From Eledone cirrhosa (taxonomy: Eukaryota), in contig OZ024740.1 in assembly GCA_964016885.1 (NCBI GenBank), forward strand, positions 291,214,001 through 291,278,000: DNA of 64,000 nucleotides, in the 5' to 3' direction. A model generated the notes under the pieces. The model was not told the DNA's origin, made no database searches, and was given only the letters and a program-made list of their open reading frames with translations. Below, piece by piece: positions 1 through 10,248 of the stretch (its first letter is position 1; each line of letters opens with the position of its first letter). Made by a program: the position numbers and the translations under genes.

Positions 1-539
1 AGTTGACTTCGACAGGATCTGAACTCTGAGCACAGAAAACTGAAATGAATACTGTAAAGCTGTCTATCTGACGTTCTAATGACTCTGCCAATTTTCCTCC
101 ACCTTAATGCATATTAAAATAATGAAATGTTTAAATGTCTAAGGTGAGTTACTGTTAATAAGATTATAATTTTTTATACTGTTAATCTTATCTCTAGGAA
201 GAAAAAATTATATTTGAATATTTACATCTAAACTCTGCTTCAATTGTTTGATCTTTGAATAACATGAAGTGTCTTATTACGGAATGTGGACAATATCAGA
301 CCAAGAACCTTTATTTTAAACTTGAAATAATAAAATTTTATCCACTAGATCATTGACACATGCATGTGTTTCTAGTCTGATTCCTGTCTCAGACAATTTA
401 CACACGCAGATATTATACATATGATGCCAATCAGATATATAACTGACTGAAACATAGTGTAGATGTAAATATTGAAAAATATATCATCTCCAAAGATGAT
501 ATTAATAGTCTGAATACTTTTTAATCTTATTAATATAAT

Positions 540-719
540 CGTTTCTAGTTTTTGCACAAGGCCAGTAATTATCCCAGTGCATTACTGGTACTTTATTTTA
601 TCGACCCCGTAAGGATGAAAGGCAAAGCTAACCTCAGTGATTTCAACTCAGAACGTAAAGGGCCATAACTATGCTGCAAAGCATGTTGTCTGGCACACTA
701 CTGATACTGCCAATCCGCC
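540..719 (-). mobile_element. tRNA-derived SINE, family A (Nin/Deu-like central domain)
   Basis: Reverse-complement match to the copy at 4683-4866. A partial copy also lies at 1-102. Confidence 0.8.
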
Positions 720-779
720 TAATATAATGTATGCATACATGGTTCTGTAACTCCTGCGGACACCGTATTGATATACAAA

Positions 780-1040
780 GTTTCTAGGGCATTTTAAAAC
801 CTGGCAGAGCCCATCTCCTCTCCAGGCCTGAATACAGCAGATTTATTCCAGAGAAGGATAGAGAGAGTGAGAATGGAAGTGAGAAAGAGATATAAAGGAA
901 GAATCGACCCCAGTACTAGACTGTTACTTTTCTTTTATCATCCTTGGCGGGATTTGAACTCAGAGAATAAAGAGCTGAAACGAATACTGCAAAGCCTGCT
1001 ATCCAACATTCTAATGACTTAGTCAATTCACTGCCTACAT
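780..1040 (-). mobile_element. SINE family A variant with an extended 3' tail
   Basis: The block TTTTAAAACCTGGCAGAGCCC...GAAGAATCGACCCCAGTACTAGAC plus a SINE core recurs at ~17530-17790, 19636-19990 (+) and 20140-20380. Confidence 0.65.
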
Positions 1041-1754
1041 TGATATAATACGTATATTTTAAAAAAATGTTTTATTAAAAATTGAGATTATGAATATTGC
1101 TGCATTCCATTACATAATTGAAAGAACTATATTTCCAAATTAACCAAAAGTTAACAAAGGAAAACAAAAGGAGATTTTTCTCGGCATATGTAGTCATTAT
1201 GTGATGTATTTTTTACAAACTATTATATTTACCAATGTCTGAGATTCTGTTGTTATGTAACTCTTTTTGTGAACATATTTCTATTGTTTTTCGTGTTTTG
1301 TAGAACTCAGTTTGTTTTTCATTTATCCTGTAGCTCTTCTAGTATATAACCTATTGAATAAACAACACAATGGATCCTCAAACAAGCAATCATCACCATC
1401 ATCATCACTATCACCATCATCATCTTCACCCCACCACCTCCACCACTACCACAATCACTGTTTAACATTTATTTTCCAGACAAGTTTTCATGTACTGAGA
1501 CCAGACTAGTCAGGTGACTATGTTTTGCCTGTGTGCTCCATTTTTGGCTTGGTTTTCTACAGTTAGATGCCCTTCCTAATGCAAACCACTTTACAGCATG
1601 TACTGGGAGTATTTTTATCATAACTCCAGCTCTACTACCTTATAGGGGGCACTGGGCGTTTTTGCTATTGCACCAGTGGCACATAATTTAGGGGATTGGA
1701 TAAATTGGGTGGGTAGTGTGTAGGACAGGGAATGGTTGTTTAGAACAATTTATA

Positions 1755-2265
1755 TTAGTCCCTTCCCTCCACACCCATGATACACCGTTCCTGTCGAACC
1801 CCTGCATAAAATGCTGAATATGCTCCACACCTGCTCTCCCACAAACCTGGTGTCATGCCCCCCCCCCAAAAAAAAAACCCAGCCAGTCTACCCTGTATGG
1901 TGGTAATGCTGGTGCCATAACAGCAAAAAGCTCCCAGTTCACACTGTAAGGTGGTAGTGCTGGTACCACAACAAAAAAGCATCCAATCCACCCTGTTATG
2001 TGGTTTCTTAGTGCCACAACAGAAATCACCCAGTCCACCCTGTAAAGTGGGAGTGGTGGTGCCACGAGAAAAGCTCTCAATACATGCTGTAATGTAGTTG
2101 GCATTAGGAAGGACATCTAGCCGTAGAAAACCATGCCAAAAACAGATCTATATGAGCATGATATGGTCACCTGACCTGTCTAGCTTCATAACATGACAAC
2201 TCATCAAACCCATGCAAGGATGGAAAATAGATGTTAAATGATGATGATGATGATGATGATGATGA
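1755..2265 (+). mobile_element. RTE 3'-UTR-derived short element ending in (GAT)n
   Basis: Repeated ~40-bp units (AAAAAGCACCCAGTCCACACTGTAAAGTGG-like), the motif GGCATTAGGAAGGACATC and a (TGA)n tail, all as in the RTE 3' UTR at 5296-5600. Confidence 0.7.
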
Positions 2266-2272
2266 CAATATA

Positions 2273-2458
2273 ATTGTTTCTACTTTTGGCACAAGGCCAG
2301 CAATTATCCCAGTGCATTACTGGTACTTTATTTATCGACCCTGTAAGGATGAAAGGCAAAGTTAACCTCAACGGGATTTGAACTCAGAACGTAAAGGGAC
2401 GTAACTCTATGCTGCAAAGCATGTTGTCTGACGCTCTACCGATACTGCCAATCCACCG
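2273..2458 (-). mobile_element. tRNA-derived SINE, family A
   Basis: Close reverse-complement copy of 4683-4866. Confidence 0.85.
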
Positions 2459-2732
2459 CTCTTGATGATAACAATATAATGACAGTTTCTTAATATTCAT
2501 TTAAGGAAATGTAGCAAGGAAATAAAAAGTGAATTTCTGCTCCCAAACTTACTTTAAATTAAACAAACGAAGAAGAAACACCTTCCACAGAAACTGAAAG
2601 GGACCAATGAGCCGTTAATAAAAACCTCTATGTGGTTGCTTAACTTGTGATTTAAAGACAAAAGAACAACACACTGGATGATGTAATCCAAGATACACTA
2701 TGGCTGAAAACATAAGACAGGATATATTATAG

Positions 2733-3000
2733 CTAGAATACTCTTTGATCCTAGATCTGTGTGATTAGGGCTGACTAACAGAGCTGACATCTGTAGAGGA
2801 CCAACAGATAAAGTAGGGTACAGCAACTAGAATACTCTTTGATCCTAGATCTGTGTGATCAGGGCTGACTAACAGAACTGACATCTGTAGAGGACCAACA
2901 GATAAAGTAGGGTACAGCAACTAGAATACTCTTTGATCCTAGATCTGTGTGATCAGGGCTGACTAACAGAACTGGCATCTGTAGATGACCACAAATAAAG
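2733..3000. repeat. 94-bp tandem repeat, ~2.8 copies
   Basis: CTAGAATACTCTTTGATCC starts at 2733, 2827 and 2921. Confidence 0.9.
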
Positions 3001-3188
3001 TATACATTAATTTATTTGGAACTATCATCCTCAATTACATTTTGTGGTTTATCTCCGAAAATTAGGTTAATAGTCTTAAAAAATCAAGTGGCTGAGCATT
3101 CTACAGACATATAAAGAATATCAATTAACCCATTCATGACTCTGTTATAAAATAATGAGGAATTGATTAAAATGATTATCTATTTATC

Positions 3189-3530
3189 TACTCTTGGCTC
3201 CCAAGTAATAGGGGTGGGAAGAATTCAGTAATTTTTTCTATTTGTCTCCATTGATTTTAAAAAAAACAGAATTAGTCATTTAGGTTACATATTGAGACTA
3301 CAACCCATACTATCTATTTTATAACGTATGGGATTTTTTGTCATGTATAATGTTTTTTAATGTCTAAAGAAAATTGTCTCAGGAATGCTATCACTTAAAA
3401 TAATATTTTGCCGGAAATAGATTAATAAAATCTAATAAGCAGGGGTGGGGGTGGAATAAGAGCAGGGGATTTTGAAAAAAATTTGAAAAATTAATAATGG
3501 GTGTGGCGATTATTTGAGACCCAAGAATAT
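3189..3530. mobile_element. MITE with ~21-bp imperfect terminal inverted repeats
   Basis: TACTCTTGGCTCCCAAGTAAT ... ATTATTTGAGACCCAAGAATA. A partial second copy lies at ~9547-9710. Confidence 0.6.
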
Positions 3531-3713
3531 GTAACATGGTTATCCTCTGACATAGCTGTATTCACATCACTTTTCCTTTATTATTATTATTTCTTTTAAT
3601 ACTCTTGAATTTTTATCATGCTGATATAGCTATGAGATATATTTGCTTGGATCCTTATTTGGATTACATTAGATCTAGTATTTCTACATACCTATATATA
3701 TATATTATATATA

Positions 3714-4058
3714 TCTATATATCTAAAACAGAGAATGTCTGTCTGTCTGTCTCCCTAAAACTCGAGAACCACCCAACCGACTTTTTTCAAACTTTACACA
3801 TGTAACACTTATGGTCCTGTGAGTGTTTTGAGCAAAGAATATTTCAAATTTTCAATGCCCTAGGAACCGCATTAGGCGATTTAGTGATCTCTCTCTATAA
3901 TTCTTAGTCTTTCTTTTTAGATAGATACATAGATATAACTTTGCGCCCTTATAATATCTGTCTGTATGTCTGGCTGTCTGCAGTACTGTTTCAGAAAGGA
4001 GGGATAAACATGCCAATCTATGTTTAGAGTTCTGAGCAATGCCGGGTCATTCTGCTAG
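3714..4058 (+). mobile_element. Non-autonomous Helitron
   Basis: Starts A|TC(TATATATCTAAAA), has a (GTCT)n tract near the 5' end and ends in GC-rich GCAATGCCGGGTCATTCTG-CTAG|T. No TSD, and insertion is between A and T. Confidence 0.7.
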
Positions 4059-4091
4059 TATATTATATATATATATGTGTGAATGTGTGGG

Positions 4092-4260
4092 TGTGTGTAT
4101 ATATATATATATAGAAGTAGTAACACAACAGTTAGTTCACCATACCGAGAGCAATTGTTTCACCTGTGGATCTTCAGCTTGGCAGTCCGAACTGAAGATC
4201 CACATAAGGTGAAACAATTATTCTCTGTATGGTGAACTAACTGTTGTGTTACTACTTCTA
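4092..4260. ncRNA. Long inverted repeat whose arms each carry a degenerate minimal type I hammerhead ribozyme (probable Penelope-like pLTR remnant)
   Basis: Arms of ~80 bp. Both read CTGAAGA-TCC-loop-GGT-GAAAC-AATT, and their consensus restores stem I (CCGAG/CTCGG) and a GUU cleavage triplet. Confidence 0.55.
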
Positions 4261-4682
4261 TCAAACTCGTTCCATGGACTGAGTGCTCTACCACTACGGG
4301 TATTACCTTCTTTCTATATATATATATATATGTATGTATATATACATATATGTGTGTGTATATATTTATATATTGTACTCCTGAAAAAGAGCTAAAGCCC
4401 AACATGTCAAACTTTCTTTTCCCTTTTCCATATAAAGCGTGAAACTAATAAAACCTTTTTTTACCTCTGTTTTGTTGTCTCCTTGAACTATATATATATT
4501 TTTACATATATAGAGACAGAAATGTATATTACGGCCAATTATAAATAAGATAAATTATGTATATCTACACCTGGCCATCACAATTATTGTACGTATACTC
4601 CATAGTGGACTAATAAATCAGATTTGGAAAGATGCATATGACATTGAGTGCTTGAACCTAATTGCATCATTATTAACTGATT

Positions 4683-4866
4683 GGCGGTGGATTGGCAGTA
4701 TCGGTAGAGGGTCGGACGCCATGCTTTCCAGCATAGTTACGTCCCTTTACGATCCGAGTTCAAATCCCGCCGAGGTTGACTTTGCCTTTCATCCTTACGG
4801 GGTCGATAAAATAAAGTACCAGTAATGCACTGGGTAATTGCTGGCCTTGTGCCTAAAGTAGAAACA
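4683..4866 (+). mobile_element. Full-length tRNA-derived SINE, family A, with TSD
   Basis: Pol III A-box-like TGGCAGTATCGG and B-box GTTCAAATC, core TTTGCCTTTCATCCTTACGGGGTCGATAAAATAAAGTACCAG, and TSD ATTATTAACTGATT at 4669-4682 and 4867-4880. Confidence 0.9.
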
Positions 4867-4967
4867 ATTATTAACTGATTGGAGTGTTGCATACACAACC
4901 CTGGTTTAATCAACATCTTATAACACAAGCATATATATTTATATATTTATTTGTTATTTTTGTACAG

Positions 4968-5062
4968 GCCACTCGGTTCATGAATTCTCTACCAGCTAAG
5001 AAAGGTCAATTCATCATCAGGAAAAGCTCCAAGGGACGTAACTACCTCTCTATCACTGTCGA
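4968..5062 (+). CDS. Internal exon of an SH2-domain gene (ATRFMNSLPAKKGQFIIRKSSKGRNYLSITV)
   Basis: Acceptor ttttttgtacag and donor gtaaga. The G-x-FIIRKS and YLSITV motifs match SH2 strands beta-B and beta-C. Ends in phase 2, compatible with the exon at 10249. Confidence 0.8.
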
Positions 5063-5295
5063 GTAAGATACAATTCTATTGCTTTTTTCTTCAGAATTAT
5101 TTTTTAACCATGATTGTCCTCGTCCTCCATTCAGCCTCCAATTGGTGATATGGGTGTATTGGACACAGGGAAGAATATTAATGTTGTTTTTTTTTTTTAA
5201 AGTGCTTCCAGTAGGCTGACAAATACAGTAGTTGATATTTATCTTCTGTTACATACTTGATGTAAATTGAATTTACATCACCTTAACTTCTGTTA

Positions 5296-8200
5296 CATCA
5301 TCATCATCATCATCATCAACGTTTAACGTCCGTGTTCCACGCTTGCATGGGTTTGGACGGGGGTAGTCCCACTTGAGGCAAGAGTGATTGTCTTGCTCGC
5401 ATAGGACTGTCTGGCAGGTTTTCTACAGTTGGATGCCCTTCCTAACACCAACCACATTTACAGTGTGGGTCTGGGAGGTTTTTACCGTGTTGCCTACACG
5501 GCCACATTACAGCGTGGACTGTGTGTTTTTTTGTCGTGACACCTACACGATCTCATTTGTTTCGGCCTCGATGGCGCGGCACCAACATAACTTTACATAG
5601 AACGGGGTGGTGTGGATGGGGTAGGGGTGGGGGTGGTGGGACGGGGTGTATTTTGTTAGGGATGCCTACTGGCTGGAGTAGGTTTTACTATATATTTAGG
5701 TAAGGCGGGTCTTCTCTGTTACTGAGTACCGCCAAAGGTCTCGGTCCAGTGACATTGTCTTGGAGAGGTGTAAGTGTGTGATGTCGGAGTTTATCAGCTC
5801 GTCCCAGGTTTTTCTAGGTCTGCCTATTCCGTGACTACCGTCTATCTTTATTGCCCTGCACTTTGTTATACAGCTATCGACTTTCATGCGCATCACGTGT
5901 CCATACCAACGTAGCCTTCTCTCGAGTAAACAACATCTGATCCCTCTTATCTCTAATTTTTTCCTTAGTTCGTTTATGCTTTGCCGTTCACGTATATTAC
6001 TGTTACACATCCAGCGGAGCATGCAAGCTTCGTTCCTCTCTAGTCTGCGTATATCCTCTGCACACAATGCCCAGGTCTCACTGCCATGCAGCATTGCTGT
6101 TCGTATGCAGGCATCGTACAACCTGCCTTTCATTTTTAGTGAGAACCCTTTAGCAGCTAATAGTGGTATAAGCTCTCTGAACTTTTTCCAACCAGTTCTG
6201 ACTCTAGCTACAGTACTTTCAGAGCACCCTCCCCCACTGCTGATTTTATCGCCCAGGTAACGGAAGCTGTCCACTATTTCTATAGAACCCTCTGCGCAAT
6301 TGAAAGAGCTAGTAGCTTGTGGGCACTTGCTGCTACTTATTGCACCAGAGCACCGGCCACATGTAAAATCTATGTTCTTAGTTAGCTTACCTGTGATCCC
6401 ACTACATCTTTTATGCACCCATACTTTGCATTTAGGGCATAAAATGGAGTTTCTACCTACGCCTTTCCTACACACCGAGCACGACCATTTCCCAGAAGGG
6501 ACCGCCGCCTTGTTTTCTTTCCTACAAACTAGTACTTTGGTCTTAGCCAGGTTAATTTTAAGTCCTTTTGACTCTAGGCCGTGCTTCCATGTTTGGAATT
6601 TCTTCTCTAGCTCGGCCATTGATTCCGCTATGAGTGTCAGGTCGTCTGCGTATAGGAGTTCCCATGGGCAGCCTGTCTTGAACTCCTCTGTTATAGCCTG
6701 AAGGGCAATAATAAATAGTAGTGGGCTGAGAACAGAGCCCTGATGGACGCCAACTTTTACGCTAAACTCTTCACTATATTCGTTGTTAATTCTAACCTTG
6801 CTGACTGTTTCTTTATACATGGCTTGTATAGCCCTCACAAGCCATTCGTCAACGCCTAGTTTTCTAAGAGCCCACCAGATAATGGAGCGGGGGACTCTGT
6901 CGAAGGCTTTCTCCAAGTCGACAAAAGCTAAGTAGAGGGGTTTACCTTTAGCTAGGTACTTCTCCTGTAGTTGTCGTACTATGAAAAGAGCGTCTGTGGT
7001 ACTTTTGCCTGACACAAACCCGAACTGCATTTCATCTAGGTCAATTCTCTCTCTGATTAGTTGCGCTATTACTTTTTCCGTGACCTTCATGACCTGGTCG
7101 ATTAATTTAATGCCTCTATAGTTACTCCTATCTAGGGCGTCTCCTTTACCCTTATAACAGTTAACGATGATGCTGCTATGCCAGTCCTTCGGAACAACCC
7201 CATTCTGTACGACTTGGTTAACTATGCGGGTGACCATGGTGTGTCCCACCGTGCCAGATGCCTTCAGCATCTCAGCAACTATTTCCGAAGGCCCAGCCGC
7301 CTTACCCGTCTTCATATCCTTGATTGCCTTACTTATTATACTCCCCTCGACTAACACTGCTGGTCCCTCTATTGGGTCGATATGGGGGAGACTGCCTTTC
7401 TCCCAATTATTCTCCTCATTTAGTAGCCTTTCATAGTGACACTTCCAAGCTACCTTCTTATCAGCGTCGGTGATGGCAAGTGTGCCATCGTCGTTTAGTA
7501 CACACTTCTCCCCGACAATATCACGGTTTTCCTTGACGCATTGCCTAGCAATCCTGAACACCTCACGTTTTTGGTCATCGCGTTGTAGAACATGCTTGAA
7601 CTTTCTTTCCTCAGCTTCCCTTCTTGCTAAGTACACTTGTCTCCTAGCTTCCCTCCTGGCCACTTGATAGTCCTCTCTACTTCCCCCATCCCGCCATACT
7701 TTCCAAGCCTGCTTTTTGGCCTTAATTGACCCCTCCACCTTACTGTTCCACCACCATGTTACTCTCCTCCTGCCTACAGGCCTGCTCCAGCCACAGACTT
7801 CGTCTGTCGCCAACAGCAGGTTTGCTTTCAGAAATTCCCACTCTCCCTCTATATTGTCCGACTCTAAATGTTCTTCCTTACTGTCGAAAGCATCAAGTAA
7901 TATGCTTTGAAATTTATTCCTGGCTGTGGGGTCCTTTAGCTTCCATATTTTCCTCCTGAGGATAGTCCTCTTCTGTTGTCGAGTACGTCTCGTCCTGACT
8001 ATGAGGTCGCTAATTATCAGTCTATGTTGGGAGGTGCATTCTTCATGGGGGAGGGATTTAGTGTTTACAACAGACACTCTGTCACGTCTTCTGGTAAGGA
8101 TATAATCTACCTGGCTTGTGTGTTCCCCGGATCTATAGGTGATCAAGTGATTGTCACGTTTTTTGAAGTTAGTGTTACAGATAGTTAGGTTATTTGCATC

Positions 8201-8721
8201 ACAGAATTCCAGGATTCTGGAGCCTTCCTCATTTCTAGTACCAAACCCATAGCCTCCATGGATTTCGTCGTAGCCGTCACAATGTTGTCCAACGTGACCA
8301 TTTAGGTCGCCTGCGATAATTATATAGTCACTGTCAGATATTTGGGAGGTAGTTAGCATCAGTGTCTCATAGAATCTGTCTTTTATAGTGCCGGGCAGTC
8401 CGGATTGGGGTGCGTACGCAGATATTACTGTCACCGTAGTTCTATTGAGGACAAGTCGTATTTTAATTATTCTGTCGGTCACTCTATTTACGTCTATTAT
8501 CTTATCTGCCCACTTTTCTGCTACCATGATTCCTACTCCACCCAGCCCATCGTCGTTTCCCACCCAGAAAAGCTTATAACATCGTTTTTTACCCTCAATG
8601 AACCTAGCAGACCCACCCCTCCACCTGGTCTCTTGAATACAACAAACATCGACCTCCTTACGTTCAAGCATTTCTACAACCTCGTTAGCGCGACCCTTTA
8701 GGGTGCCTACATTTACATACA
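5296..8721 (-). mobile_element. RTE-clade LINE, near full length but 5'-truncated at the start of the ORF; antisense within the SH2 gene intron
   Basis: Single long ORF, ~400-bp 3' UTR and (TGA)n tail. A 29-bp direct repeat ATGTAAATTGAATTTACATCACCTTAACT flanks it at 5260-5288 and 8722-8750. Confidence 0.95.
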
Positions 8722-8722
8722 A
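5696..8722 (-). CDS. RTE LINE polyprotein: APE endonuclease, reverse transcriptase, PHD finger and C-terminal domain
   Basis: APE motifs NVGTL, IQETRW, GDLNGHVG, QVDYIL and SQHRL. RT motifs NYRGIKL, QFGF, FVDLEKAFDRV, GVHQGSVLSPLLF, LYADD and FRYLG. C4HC3 finger at ~6350-6487. The listed start is a TTG at the junction rather than a native ATG. Confidence 0.95.
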   Translation of the reverse strand: MYVNVGTLKGRANEVVEMLERKEVDVCCIQETRWRGGSARFIEGKKRCYKLFWVGNDDGLGGVGIMVAEKWADKIIDVNRVTDRIIKIRLVLNRTTVTVISAYAPQSGLPGTIKDRFYETLMLTTSQISDSDYIIIAGDLNGHVGQHCDGYDEIHGGYGFGTRNEEGSRILEFCDANNLTICNTNFKKRDNHLITYRSGEHTSQVDYILTRRRDRVSVVNTKSLPHEECTSQHRLIISDLIVRTRRTRQQKRTILRRKIWKLKDPTARNKFQSILLDAFDSKEEHLESDNIEGEWEFLKANLLLATDEVCGWSRPVGRRRVTWWWNSKVEGSIKAKKQAWKVWRDGGSREDYQVARREARRQVYLARREAEERKFKHVLQRDDQKREVFRIARQCVKENRDIVGEKCVLNDDGTLAITDADKKVAWKCHYERLLNEENNWEKGSLPHIDPIEGPAVLVEGSIISKAIKDMKTGKAAGPSEIVAEMLKASGTVGHTMVTRIVNQVVQNGVVPKDWHSSIIVNCYKGKGDALDRSNYRGIKLIDQVMKVTEKVIAQLIRERIDLDEMQFGFVSGKSTTDALFIVRQLQEKYLAKGKPLYLAFVDLEKAFDRVPRSIIWWALRKLGVDEWLVRAIQAMYKETVSKVRINNEYSEEFSVKVGVHQGSVLSPLLFIIALQAITEEFKTGCPWELLYADDLTLIAESMAELEKKFQTWKHGLESKGLKINLAKTKVLVCRKENKAAVPSGKWSCSVCRKGVGRNSILCPKCKVWVHKRCSGITGKLTKNIDFTCGRCSGAISSSKCPQATSSFNCAEGSIEIVDSFRYLGDKISSGGGCSESTVARVRTGWKKFRELIPLLAAKGFSLKMKGRLYDACIRTAMLHGSETWALCAEDIRRLERNEACMLRWMCNSNIRERQSINELRKKLEIRGIRCCLLERRLRWYGHVMRMKVDSCITKCRAIKIDGSHGIGRPRKTWDELINSDITHLHLSKTMSLDRDLWRYSVTEKTRLT

Positions 8723-8821
8723 TGTAAATTGAATTTACATCACCTTAACTACTGTACATGTGTGCACTTATGTATGCACTTCTATATATGTTGCACTTCC
8801 ATATTTACATACAATATTTGC

Positions 8822-9075
8822 AATGTTGCAAGGCACTTTATTTTGTGTTGCTCCAGTTTACTCAGCTGTAGAAATGTGTTGTGACGTCACTGGTACCAAG
8901 CTGTATCAGCTATTGCATTTCCCTTGGACATCATCAGTGGCGTAGAGGGGGGAGACTGGTATGCATGGCCGACTGTTGGTCTTCCACAAACAACCTTGCC
9001 TACACTTGTGCCTCGAAGAAGAAATTTCTAGGTGCAAATCCCATGGTCATTTTTGATTGAAGGAGTCTTTACCCT
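8822..9075 (+). mobile_element. SINE family B (5'-truncated), tail type 2
   Basis: Core CAAGGCACTTTATTTTGTGTTGCTCCAGTTTACTCAGCTGTAGAAATG. A complete copy lies on the - strand at ~44105-44425. Confidence 0.7.
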
Positions 9076-9801
9076 TTACTTTATCATATATTTTAAGGTA
9101 GTGAATCAGCCAGAGTTGTTGAGGCGTTGGATTAAAAGTGCCTCTATGTTTGTTCTGGTTAACTCTGCTCTAAGTTTAAATCACGCTGAGGTCAACTTTG
9201 ATTTTCACCCTTCAGTAAATAATGTACCAGTCAAATACTGGGGTGGGAGGATTCTTCCTATCTATCAGTTGTCTCTTTCTTTCTCTGTGTTCCAACCTGG
9301 AGAGATATAGGCTCCTCTAGGTTTAAAATACCCAAGACATACTGTATGTAAGGATGGCAGCCCTACAACACAATCAGACGTTAAGGACCCTTTAAATCTT
9401 TTTTTTACTTTTACCATATATTTGGAATTGAGATTTAGTAGATCCTGTATATATATATTACATGCTGGTTTTTTACATTGGATGTTCATAGGAAAAGGTT
9501 CCATGTACACATGAGTATATAGAATATTTGAAGGTAATAGGTTATCTACTCTCAGGTCCCAAATAATGTGTGTGTGTGGGGGGGGGGGGTAAGTCAGGGA
9601 GTTGGATTAAGCGGAGGGGAGTTGGAAAATCAGTAATTTTTCTAGGTTGTCTTTGTTGATGTTTTTAAAAACCAGAATTAGTTGTTTAGTTTACATATTG
9701 AGACCCCCAACTTTGCAGAGTGTACTGGCTGCATTTTATTGTGGTATCAGCATTAAAGAAGTTGTCATGTCTTTGACATGACTGAAGAGCCCTTCCTACC
9801 C

Positions 9802-9960
9802 CAGGGCTGTCTTAACGCATGGGCACACTGGGCAGTTGCCCGGGAGCCCCACGAGGATAGGGGGCCCATTTGTATTTTTATTCCTGAAAGTGGTTGTGTA
9901 GGTAGGGGCCCCAATGCTCTGCTTTGCCCGGGGGCCTATAATGCTGTTAAGACGGCCCTG
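9802..9960. mobile_element. hAT-like MITE
   Basis: TIRs CAGGGCTGTCTTAAC / GTTAAGACGGCCCTG, with an 8-bp TSD TCCTACCC / TCCTACCT (7/8 match). Confidence 0.85.
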
Positions 9961-10248
9961 TCCTACCTCTATGTAATTATTGGTATTTTGAATAAAGTTC
10001 CATCTTCATTTCATGAATTTGGTTTGTCTTTTTACTATCCCCCATAAAAATTTAAAAAAAACATTTATTCCAAGAGAACAGATTTTTTCAGTTGTGTCAA
10101 GGCCACAATCATTGCCTGAAAAGAAAAACACTTGGTGTCTATTTAAAGCCTTATTAATTGTTTCAATTTTGCTTTGTATTTTAAAAACTAATGTACTAAC
10201 AAATAAAAACCAATGACCAACGTTTTTACTTTTTCTTTTCAATTGTAG

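Noticed and set aside
3605-3805. ORF beginning NFYHADI as the missing SH2 N-terminal exon (WYHG-like)
   Set aside because: No suitable acceptor or phase-0 donor, and the ORF runs into (TA)n and a Helitron. Probably chance.
4683-4780. tRNA genes at the SINE heads (also 39880 and 60098)
   Set aside because: A and B boxes are present, but the sequences run into repeated cores and tails, at least one has a TSD, and I could not fold a convincing cloverleaf. They are SINEs.
5886-8701. Many + strand ORFs overlapping the RTE (also 13539-14039 and 62036-63962)
   Set aside because: Antisense shadows of the LINE ORF with no independent motifs.
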